Under the pieces are notes generated by a model that was given only the letters and a program-made list of their open reading frames with translations, ran no database searches and was not told the DNA's origin. Positions 12,101-24,036 of a stretch of 64,000 nt of DNA are shown piece after piece; position 1 is the first letter of the stretch; each line of letters begins with the position of its first letter. This DNA is from Cenococcum geophilum (taxonomy: Eukaryota). The translations under genes and the position numbers were made by a program. The DNA lies in assembly GCA_050273025.1 (NCBI GenBank), contig CP158636.1, positions 2,604,001-2,668,000 on the forward strand. The letters run 5' to 3'.

Positions 12101-15100
12101 ATTAATCCAGTATAATTAAAGAATATCCTATGCGTTCCTAGCTAATATATTTTTTAAAAAGCGTATGGCTTAAAAGGAGGTTAAAAAGTTAATAACTTAG
12201 AGTACTGGCTTGCCGCTAAGATATATAACATCTATAATAATATAGAAGTTAAAGTTATAGTTATCTTTAAGGGTAAACTTAAATCGGCCGGGGGACTTTT
12301 AGTTTATTTGGTAGTAATAGTAGTACTTTATAAGATGTTTAATCGCCTTAACCTTAACTTTATAACCTACTTATTAAAGAACCTTAAGTAGTTAGTAAAT
12401 GGATAGGTGGCTAAAATAATAATGTAGTTAACGTAGCTCTAACTTAGTTAAGTAACTCTAAGCAACGCTCCTTTCTAGCTATTAAAGGAGTAACTAAGGG
12501 TAACCCTACTTGCGTATAACGGGCACCCAATTATCTCCCTAAATAAGTATATTCTTAAGGTTGTTAAGCTTAACGCCTAATTTATCTATATTTTAGATGT
12601 AAAATAGGAATGGGGTATTCGCGGGAATAATATAGAAAGTAATATATCCTAATAGGGTTTGGACCTTAATTATGCTAAAAAAGATTATAGTACCCTTATT
12701 AAAGCGAATTATATATTAGCCTGCCGTTAATTAGTTAATCTAAATAGAACTATTAAGCTGCTAAAGAGCTCGGACTTAAGGTTTTCCTACTATAGATACT
12801 TTTACGGCTTTAATATCTAGCATAATACTATAAAAGACGTTCGCCGAGTATCTATTGTTAAAAGAGAACGTAAAACTTTCCTTTAGCTTATTAAAGATAT
12901 CTAACCTTATAATAGAATGGAGCGTAGATTAGTTATTAAGGATAGCAACGGTTTATATACTATTTACCTTACTATACTTAGTAAAGTATTAGTTAGGAAA
13001 GTAGTCCTTAATTTCTATATCTATAAGGAGCTATTTAGCCTTATTAATCTTACCCTTAAGATTTTCTTTACCTTTATATTAAACCAAAAAGCTTTAAAAG
13101 TAGGCTATAGTAACTTCTTAGTTTCCAACGTTTTATATACTCTGGCGAAACTTATTATATACCTCCTTTTATTTATTAAGGGGGTGTCTAGTTAACTAGC
13201 AATTTAGCTTCTTATAAACGTAGCATTTCTTCTACTAATTATTATGAAATAAACCTCTATAAGGACCTCTATAATTACTTTATAGTTAATATTAATTATA
13301 CCCTCTACCGTATCCCCTGCTACAACTACTATATATTTAATTAGTCTAGTTATAATTATATTAGTTAACCGGGTTAATTAAAGTAGGTTAGAGTTAGGCG
13401 TTAAATTACTATACTTCTTAAGAGCGTAGGGCGGTGCTAATAGAGGATCTTAATTAAGTATATACTCCTTTATAAGTACTTATAGGGTTAGAGAGAGTAA
13501 GGTTATATTCTTTAATACCTTAGTATACGCTAATAACTTAATCGCGTAGGCTAAAGTCCTCTTAATATAATTCGGATAAACTATACTAAATTATCTAGAG
13601 TTAATTAAAGAGCTTTTAAAGATAATTAAGTTAAGAGGCACCTAGGTTTATAGCAATAATTTTTAAAAAGGTAGTCTCTCTCTACTCTAATATATACTAC
13701 TACTTATTCTCCTTTATTTTAAAATGGCATCTTACTTTATATATTATTTAGTTAAAATTATATCCTTTTCCTACTAAACGATTATAATAGAAGGTACTAG
13801 CTTAGCCCTTAAGCATAACTAAATAAGTAATATAGTATTAATTGGGTTCTAGTTTAACCTTTTAGTAATAATTATAGAAGATACGTAACTTTAAATTAAG
13901 GATATTATATAGTTCTTTGCTAAACTTCTTCTCCTATTCTAAATAGAGCTTTATAAGCTCTATAAGCATTTTTAAGGTGCCTCTAATTAGTATTTAGCTG
14001 TATTATATTATAGGCTGTAATAGTAACATAGATCTAGTCAGCGGAGTTTAAAGGTTATTAGACCGCGAAGTAAGGGGATCTTACGCTTATTAGGGGTTAT
14101 TAATTAAGGCTATAGGTTAAGCTAGTTAATATAGGGGAGTTAAAGATAAAGGTAAAGGCAATAGATATAGAATGTTAGAACTTGTGCCTAGAGTAATAGA
14201 GTTAGAACGCGTCTCTAGTAGTATATTACTTAGGTTCCATTGTAATTTAAGCTTCTTTATAGTACGTAGTTAGTGCTTAATCTCTTATAAAGTCTATTTA
14301 TGCTCTTCCTTTATATTAATAACGTGTTCCTAAATATTATCCCTAATACTACCCCTATCTATAGGGACAAATACTCTATACTCCCAAAGGAAGTTACGGA
14401 AGTCCTATATAATATCTTTATTTATAGGAACCTATGTTTCCTTTATCTATCTAATAAAGTTCTCCTTTATATAATACTATAGCGCGGTATTATTATATTC
14501 GCTATCTTTATAGTATTCTATATAGTATATTAAAAATCCATTTAGGTCCTATTGCTTAGCGGTTATAAAGTTAGTTATAGCTCTATCCTATATCTCCGGG
14601 TTAATATCTTTCTTATACTTCTTTGGATAGGTTAACGCTATAGTAGGTAGAATTAACGAGGTATTATACGTTAAAGGTAGGCAGGATTTTTGGTTTTATA
14701 GGATCTCGTAGGTTTACTATCTAAAGGTAGGTAATTTAAGATATTATTTAACGCGTTTTGGACGTTAACTTAGGACCTTAGGTTTAGTAATACTTTTAAC
14801 CTAAAGTACTTAACTAAATCTTCGTAAATATGATTATTCTATATAATAGACGCAACTTAGTATCTCTTAGTACTTAGTAACACTTCTATTACTAGTTTTC
14901 CGTAAGTTTAAGGTAGTATAGTATTACCGGGATCCATTCCATATAAGCGTATATGGCACCCCTATATAAGACTATCTCTTCTATTTAAAAACCTAGCTGC
15001 TCTATAGTTAACTATGTATTCAACCATTAATTAGTATTGGTTATATAGGGTAACTTACTAATAACGACTACTCGAGTAGGGTTATAGTGATGTTGGTTAA

Positions 15101-15213
15101 TAAAGCTTGTTGTTAAGAATTAGGGGGTGGGTAAGGAACCTAAGGTTCCTCGCCACGCTAGTGCCGCGGCGACACGTGACGACACGTGACGACCGCTTGC
15201 CTTATTCCCGACA
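9112..15213 (-). mobile_element. Full-length RIP-mutated Ty1/copia element B inserted in the RT of gypsy A
   Basis: 179-bp LTRs at 9112-9290 and 15035-15213. TSD ATAAA (9107-9111, 15214-15218). Minus-strand de-RIP motifs RIFKSRIVDEIKGK..EKSRLVIQGY (~10970-11075), ITQAYTQS and KPLYGIAEAGTHWW are typical of fungal copia RT. Host RT resumes after the insert. Confidence 0.93.
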
Positions 15214-17253
15214 ATAAATAAGGAAGAATATAGAGAATATATTAAATAGGTTTTAAAGAGACTATAAGAAGAATAGATGCTAGTAGCAATTAAAAAATAT
15301 AAATTCTTTACTAAGAAGATAGATTTTATTAGATTTATTATTAAACTAGGCCAACTTAGTATAGATCTAAAGAAGATTAAGGCTATAGTAAATTAGCAAG
15401 AACCAAAAAATATAATATAGTTAAGGTTATTTCTAGGGTTCTACAATTACTATAGAAGGTTTATAGCTTAATAGTTAAAGAATATTAAGCCATTTACAAG
15501 ATTAATAAAAAAGGAAGAATTATAGGCATAGGGAGAGGAATAAAAGGAACTATTTAAGAAAGTTAAATAGTTATTTACCTAAAAGCCAGTTCTTAAAATC
15601 TATTAGCTATAGTTAGAGATAGTAGTTAAAACGGATACATTAGACTATATACTAGGAGCGTGCTTTCTATAAAAATATAAAGATAAATAGCACCTAGTGG
15701 CATACTATAGTTAGAAGATAATACTACTGGAACTAAACTATAACATCTATAATAAGGAGTTATTAGGTATAGTTATAGCACTAAGGGAATAGAGATTATT
15801 TTTATAAGGTATAAAGAAACTATTTATAGTTAAGACGGATTATAAGAACCTAATAGGGTTCCTAATAACAAAAGAACTTAATTATAGATAGGTTAAATAG
15901 GCAGAGATGCTTACAGAATACCATTTTAAGATTTAGTATACTAAAGGTACGGAGAATATATAAGCAGATACTCTAAGTAAAAAGGCTAAACTACAAAATA
16001 ATAAAAAGCCATTAGGGGCTTTATTGCGAAGGGATACAGATAGATTAATTAGGTATAATTATCTAAAGATTACAGTAATATAAGAAGAGAAGATCTATAA
16101 ATTACTAGAGAGTAATTAAATATAAAAGATCCTAGACGCATAAATAGAAGATCCAGACTTAGAGCAGTATAAAAATTAAGAAGTAATATACGTACTAAGA
16201 TCTATTATAAAAGAGTTTATTAAGTTATTTTATAAGGACTAACTTAAGGATATAATAGAGCTATAGGCTTAGTATTAAGACTTTAAGAGGAGTATATTAT
16301 TAATAGAATCTAGGGACTAGCTAAGTAAGTTATAAAAGAATATCTAGATTACTAAAGAAATAAACTAACGAGGTATAAGCTATATAGAGAGCTATAACCT
16401 ATTAAAATACCAAAGAGACCATAGGAGGTTATATTATAAGACTTTATTATTAAGTTACTAAGGTTAAAAGATCCTATCACCGGATAAGATTATAACGCGA
16501 TCTTAGTAATAATAAATAAGCTTATAAAGTAGGAATACTTTATAGTATATTTAGAAGAAATATTAGCGGAAGATATTACTAGAATCTATATTAAAGAAGT
16601 ATTTATAAGACACGGAGTACTAAGCAAGATTATATCGGACAGAGATCTAAGATTTATAGTAGTATTTTAGGAAGTATTTTTAGTAAAGTAAGGAGTTTAA
16701 ATAGTAACTTTTACTATATATTATCCACAGACAGACGGTTAAACGGAGAGATTAAATTAGATACTAGAATAGTATCTAAGGCATTATATTAATCATATAT
16801 AGAATAATTAGGTATTGCTATTACCAGTTATATAGTTTATATATAATATAACACCATAAGAAGAAATAGGCACGTTACTATTTAAGGCGAATTATAGATA
16901 TAAGCTAAGGACCTTATTATCGCTATATTAAGTAAAGAAGATAAATAGCATAGCTAAATAAAGAATAAAGAGTTTAATAAATCTTTATATAGACCTTATA
17001 GAAACAGCTAAGGTAATATAGTAAAGAATAAAAAAGTATTATAATGCTAAGAGATCTAAGGGACTAGATCTTAAGGAGGAAGATAAAGTATAGCTACTAC
17101 ACAAAAATTTTAAGAGTTAATAACTAAGTAAGAAGTTAAACCACGTTAAACTAGGACCTTTTAAAATTATATAGAAAATTTTATTAGTTATATTTAAGTT
17201 AAATCTACTAGCTAAAATAAAGATTTACCCTATATAGTATATTGTAATACTAG

Positions 17254-20200
17254 TGTTACGGCACTGGTAGAACTTGGCAGAACTTGACTGGCAGAACTTG
17301 GTAGAACTTTGAGGTTATATGACTAGAGGACCGTATAAAAGAACCCTACTTCAACCGGCGCTGCTCTTCTTCTCCTTTCCTTTCTCTAGCTTTAGATCCT
17401 TGTTTATAGACTACCAATTGTATAGGCTTACGCGTCTCTCTTATCGTGCTCGTGCCTTAATTAACTAAGTCGCTAACATTATCTAAAGCTCATCTTACCC
17501 TTTCTTCCTAAGAAGGAACTTAAATATATCTACAAGGCTATAAAAAGGACAAGGATATAAAACAGGACCCTAAGGACATTACTAGGACCATAAGGACAGG
17601 ATAGAACCCCTAGAATATAAAAGGAATATAAAAAGAACCCTAAGAACCGGACGCGCATAGACTAGAACCCCTAAAGAAATTACCCGGAATTACCTAACAC
17701 CTATACCACTATACCAAGAAATATAGCAGCCAGTAAAGCAGCTACAGGACCCTTAAATACCTTAGATAAAGAAACAATAACTGTCTTAACCCCCTAGGCG
17801 GAACTTGCGGCAGCTAATGCTAAAATTAAACGGCTATAAGAACTGCTGGAAACTAGGGACACCCCTACCTCTAGCGATAACCTATTGGACAGACTTGCTA
17901 CGGTCCTTAAGGCCCTAGCCTAAAGTACCGTATTATCACGATCTGCGAAGGTCGCGGACCCCCTATTGCTTATAGACGGAACCGACCCTATATTTAATAA
18001 TTAGAAGCTTTAACTGTAAGATAAGCTCAAAGTTAATGCGGACCACTTCCCCACTACTTAAGCTAAAATGGCCTATATCTTCGGCCGTACCGGCAGGGAC
18101 GCACAGACGCATTTACGTCCGCGATACGCCGCAGACTCCACAGACCCCTTTATCTCTAAAGAAGAAATAATTAACCACTTATCTTCCGTTTATAAGGACC
18201 CCTTTAAGATATAAAACGCCCGCCTTAATTATAAAAGCCTAAACATAAAAACAACGGAGACCTTTTTAACCTTTTAGACCCGCTTTCTGTACCTAGCTGG
18301 CTAAGCCTAAATTCCCTATAAAGACCTACTGCTAGACCTCTTTAACAAACTTACCCTAGACCTACAGCGCGCTGTACTGCCAGTTTTTACTACTATATAG
18401 ACGCTAAAGGTACTTACGGACTACTATCTGGCCATTAACTAAGGCCTCCGTCGAATTAAGGCACGTACTAAGCGGTATAAAGCTAGGAACTCTTTAAACC
18501 AGACCATAAGCACTATAAGAATAGCCAATAGTACCCCTACACGGGCCGTAACTCCCGCGGCACCAACCGTTTAGCCTACTATTAACCTAGCAGCTAGTCG
18601 TGCAGCTAGTCCTGCCGCGGGCCCGGTATATACTCGGCCTACTTACAGTAACCCCTATAGATAAGCCCTTAGCAATTAAGGAGCTTGCTTTTTATACGGC
18701 TAAAAAGACCACTTTATAAGGAACTGCCTAACAGCGGCGAAGATAAATGAGGTCCTGTTAATTTAGGAGGATAGTACAGAGTCGGAAAAAGAGAAACCCT
18801 AGAGGAAGGCTCCTCTCTAGGGTTAAAAGGAATTAATATATTATATATTGATCTGGGTTGGCTAGTTAGTAGAAGAAGCTGCACTATCCCTTGTACTTTA
18901 TTCTGTAATAGATATTAAGTTTTAACCTCTACTTTAGCTAACTCTAGAGTAAATACCTTTACCTTAATAGACACCCAGTATGCTGTAAAGCTGGCTGAAT
19001 TTCTAAATATACCCCTTAAAGAACTGCCTAAACCTATTCCTATTTACGGGTATAACGGACGGATAGGGCCACCTATTATAACTATCTTATGGATCTACCT
19101 CCGCGTTAACGGACGAAGGCAGTATAACGTCCCCTTCCTAATTACGGACCTTAGAAGCCATAATATGATCTTAGGAAGAAAATAGCTAGCCTATTTAGGC
19201 TTACAGCTTAACGTACAGAATAGACAGCTTCTCTAGCCCAAAACCATGCCCCCAACGCCTTCCTTTATAAGAGAAATCAGTATTATAATAGAAAACCTTA
19301 TACGGCCGTAGATAAACCCCGTTTACTAGGCCGATGCAATATATAGGGACTAGGCTTTTAAGAAGGATATATAGCTTAATCCGCAAAGGATCCGTATACT
19401 ACACCGCCCCTAGGTTACCTATACTACGCCACCCGCACAAGAGACCTAGGAAGTTAGTAGTAATCTACCTAAGTTCCCTAAGGAGAACTTAGGCCCTATA
19501 AAGCCATAAAGGATAGCTAGGAACATTAGACGATATACTAAACCAATAGATTAAAAGAATAACTTATGGAAAATGGAACATAAGCTAAGGAAGATTATAA
19601 ACTCTATACCGTAAAATACGGCCTAATAAAAGTCCGTAAAGAAACCTACGGACCTTCCCCCAGTTAATATCTGCTGCATTAGCGCCGTAGGATTCTACCA
19701 GAACTTGGTCCAACCTAATACCGTTGCCTTTACTACCAGCTTATATAAAATTAATTAAATAATTAAGGAAAAGGAAAGTGAGCTTAGCGGACAGGAAAGC
19801 GAGCTTATGGATAAGGAGCTGGTCGAATAGAAACTACCTTATTAACACCAGAAATTTAAGGATGTATTCTCTAAGGCAGCATCTAATATACTTCCGCCTT
19901 ACCAACTATATAACCATAAGATTGAGATCGAGCCAGATAAGGAGGACACCCTTAGCTATAGCCCCCTCTGTTAGCAGTCTACTGCCGAATTATAGGCTAC
20001 AAAGCAGTACCTTATTAATAACCTAGATAAGGGCTTTATTGAGCCTAGCTAAGCCCCTTTTAACTCACCTATTCTCTTTGCCAAGAAGCTAAATGGAGGA
20101 CTTTGTTTCTATATCGACTACCGCAAACTTAATAATATAACCCACAAGGACCGCTATCCACTACCCTTACTTAATAAGACTCTAGCCTAAATAAGTAGAG

Positions 20201-23169
20201 CTAAGATCTTTATAAAGCTCGATATCTATTAGGCTTTTTACCGGATTAGAATGGACCCTGGATTAAAGGATCTTACTATATTTTAGACCTGTTACGGAAT
20301 ATATAAATGCAAAGTACTTCCTTTTAGGCTGACTAACGGACTGGCTATATATTAGCGGTATATAAATAACATACTATTTAACTACCTTGATAACTTCTGC
20401 ACAGCCTACCTAGATAATATTATAATCTACTCTAAGAATAAATTAGAGCATTAGGAGTATATCTATAAAGTCCTATAACGGCTCTAGGAAGCTAGCCTCT
20501 AGGCCAATATTAAGAAGTTAGAATTTAGTGTTAAGCGTATAAAGTACTTAGGTTTTATTATTAGTATAGATGGAATTAAGGCCGACCCAGAAAAAACGGC
20601 CGCAATTAACCAGTGGACACCCCTACGGACCGTAAAAGGGGTATAATTATTTTTAGGTTTCTGTAACTTCTACCGACGCTTTATTAAGAATTACAGCAGG
20701 ATCGCTTAGCCTCTTAACCGCCTTACTAGGAAAGACCAGCCCTTTTACTTTAACGCTATATATATGCAGGCCTTTACTAAGCTTAAAAAACGACTGGTAT
20801 CGGCTCCCCTACTTGCCCATTTTGACCTAGAATAGCCCTCGATGTTAGAAACTAATACCTTAGACAGCGCAATAGCTAGTATTTTTTCCCAGAAGTAACC
20901 GGATGGAGAATAGCACCCTATTATATACTATTTAAAGACTATAATAGATGCCGAACTAAACTACCACATCTATAATAAAGAAATGCTGGCTATTATCTCT
21001 AGCTTCTAGCACTGGCGTGTATAGCTAGAAGGGACCCCTAAGTCTATTAAGGTAGTTTTAGATTATAAGGCCCTAGAATACTTCATAATAACTAAGGCCC
21101 TTACGGCCCGGTAGGCACGCTAGGCGGATATCCTATCTTAGTTTTACTTCTTAATTATATATAGACTAGGCGCTATAAATTATGCGGATGCTTTTATAAG
21201 GCGCGAACAAGACCTAGGTAACTAGACGGCTGCGAAGATCTTATTACGGATTTAGACACTACTACAACTAGAGCACCTTAACTCCCAAATATAGGTAGAA
21301 CTGGGTACAGACTCCTTAGGCGCTAAGATATATCCTATTAACCCTTTAGGACTTAACTTAATCGATAAATTGCTGCAGATAAACCGTACGGCCCCTTCTC
21401 TATAGGAGTACCGTGAAAAGGCAAAGAACGTTACTAGCCTATAGTCCCTTGAAAACGGATTACTTAAGCATTAGGAACGGCTAGTAGTAGTAAAGAAATA
21501 GAACTTACGGACTCGGCTTATTACCGAAGCACATACCTAGGTTTCTACGGCCTACCCTAGAAAGAATAAGACCCGCAAAATTATTAGTAACTAATATTAC
21601 TGGCCCGGAATGGTTATAGATATTAACCGCTATATACGGAACTATAACGACTGCCGTAGGTTTATAATTCCGTGAGATAAGACCCTAGGACTATTAAAGC
21701 CACTCCCGATACCAGAACGCCCCTAGTAGTATATCTCTATAGACTTTCACAAGCTGCCTATAGACCGCGACGGATATGATATAGTTATAATCCTAGTTAA
21801 CCGCTTTAGCAAGCGCCTGTTCTTAATCCCCTATTATAAAAATATTAACGCTAAAGAGGCGGCCTAACTATATATCCATTATATCTACCAAATTTACGGA
21901 CTACCAGACACTATTGTATTGGACCGCGGACCGTAGTTTATATCGGCTTTCTGGAACGAGTTTACCCGGATTTTAGGAATTAGGCTAAAGCTTTCTACGG
22001 CGTACCACCCCCAGATAAATAGTTAGACGGAGATTATAAATCAATACTTAGACTAGAGACTCCGGCCCTTCGTTAACTACTTCTAAGATAACTGGGGCAA
22101 ACTGCTACCTCTAATGGACTACGCCCAGGCGACCCTACCCTACAACTCTACGGGATTTGCACCTATCTAACTAGAAATAGGGTATCTACCCCAAACAAGC
22201 TTTAACTGGGATAGGCTAGAAGGACCACAGACCGTACGCGAGAAACTGTCTTATAAGGAAGCCTAGTAGTACGCCAAGAGCTTAGAGGAAGCCTAGACGG
22301 TAGCCCGTATAAACCTAGAAAAGGCCTAGAAATTAATAAAACAGCAGGCAAACAAGCATAGGCGCGAGCCCGACTTTACCGTAGGTGATATGGTTTAGGT
22401 TATAATAAAGAACTAGAAGACGGAACGGCCTAGCCGTAAGCTTAATTATTAGATAGCAGGACCATATAAGGTCCTTAAGAAAATAGGTAATTTATACAAA
22501 GTAGAGCTCCTAGATTCAATTAAGGTTTACCCTATTTTCTTACTAGATAAGCTACGGAAGGCTGTAAACGACCTATTACCTGGATAAAAGAACGAACCCC
22601 CCCTACTAATTTAAGTCAGTGGCGATAATGAATGGGAAATTGAAGAGATACTAGCCTATAAGCTAGTAAGGAAAACGCTAAAGTACCGCGTTAGTTAGAA
22701 AGGCTATAACCTAGATCCTACCTAATACCCTATATAGAACTTTATTAGCAGTCCCCATAAGCTTTAAAAATTCTATAGCCGTTACCCTAATAAACTGGGA
22801 CCGCTAAAGTACCTAGACGAATAGATGGAATGCTGGCATAATAAAGATAATAAGCTACCGGAAGAGTATAAAGATAGGAACGCCCTATAGGCATAATACG
22901 GATATATAAAGCCTAAGGGCAGGCTTTTGCGGAGGGGGGGGTAATATTACGGCACTGGCAGAACTTGGCAGAACTTGACTGGTAGAACTTGGCAGAACTT
23001 TAAGGTCACGTGACTAGAGGACCGCATAAAAGAACCCTACTTCGACCGGCGCTGCTCTTCTTCTCCTTTCCTTTCTTTAGCTTTAGATCCTTGTTTATAG
23101 ACTACCAATTATACAGGCTTGCGCGTCTCTCTTGTCGTGCTCATGCCTTGATTGACTGAGTCGCTAACA
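17254..23169 (+). mobile_element. Full-length RIP-mutated Ty3/gypsy chromovirus C inserted just upstream of the chromodomain of gypsy A
   Basis: 225-bp LTRs at 17254-17478 and 22945-23169. TSD ACTAG (17249-17253, 23170-23174). PPT GGAGGGGGGGG. Motifs: gag zinc knuckle ~18685-18727, RT IDYRKLN ~20112 and YLDN(D) ~20407, integrase DRGP.F ~21922, chromodomain EWEIEEILA..KYRV.WKGY ~22630. Confidence 0.95.
18784..18832 (+). promoter_or_regulatory. Putative -1 ribosomal frameshift signal at the gag-pol junction of gypsy C
   Basis: GGAAAAA followed 4 nt later by a perfect 10-bp stem AACCCTAGAG (18795-18804) / CTCTAGGGTT (18815-18824) that contains the gag stop. Confidence 0.65.
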
Positions 23170-23439
23170 ACTAGAGCTAGCATACGGGAATATTAAGCCA
23201 CTAGTTTATAAGGCAGATATATATAGAAAATAAAAGGAAGATAAATAGTAAGTTTTAAAGATTATTAGTTATAAGGATATAGATAATAAAGTATAGTATA
23301 AAGTAAAGTAGATAGGCTATAATAAGACTACCTAAAAACTACTAGAGAACCTAAAGAACGCTATAGGAAAGGTATAGGAGTATTAAAAGAGAAAAGGTTA
23401 GGCAACATTAATAAAGGGAAATTACTAAAAAATAAGTTA

Positions 23440-24036
23440 CCTAAGGGGGACCTAGGAAGAGCGACTGCTAAACTACTTAGAGTTATTTCCTTCTCTATTA
23501 AAAGAGAATCCGTTTTTTTATCGCTAAGTTCCTACAAACCTTATTTTATAAGTTTCCACTCTTTAAAACAAACCTTTTTGCGAACTTTCTTAAGATAAAT
23601 TAACTAAGTAAACGCAGTAAGATAAGAGTTAAGAGCCTATTATTAAGCATTAGCAGCCTCTTTCTTAGCGTCACGTAAATAACAAAGTTCCACTAAGGTA
23701 ATAAATAGTTTATTATTAAGCTTTGCAGCGGCAGATTAAATATAAGACCCTATAATAAATTACTTAGGGAACTTAGAGACTATTAAGAGTTATAAAACGC
23801 GCACACTTAGCGTTAGAAATTAAGTAAACATCGCAAAACAATTAAACGTTTACTTTAGTGCACTCTATATAGGAAGAGGGTTATTAAAATAAAGGACTTA
23901 CCAACGTAATACAGACTAACCCCTTTTTTACGCAACAAGAATATAGAGATAGTATTACTTCACTAAGCAATAGTATAGAAGAAACTATACGCGTATAATA
24001 AAGAGTTGAAGAAAAAAAAGGTACTTTAGGTATTAT
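23440..24036 (-). pseudogene. RIP-mutated antisense ORF in the 3' region of gypsy A with Zn(II)2Cys6-like motif and coiled-coil-like tail
   Basis: Minus frame 23943-23833 reads Y(C)SCCVKKGLVCITLVSPLF**PSSY(C)IECTKVNV*LFC. Restoring two TAT>TGT codons gives Cx2Cx6Cx13Cx2Cx8C. A probable GTGCGC...TTATAG intron follows. Confidence 0.6.

Noticed and set aside
7019..20026. Short ORFs within the AT-rich block (7019, 12917, 14300, 19201, 19778)
   Set aside because: Chance open frames in RIP-mutated retrotransposon sequence, mostly in non-coding frames.
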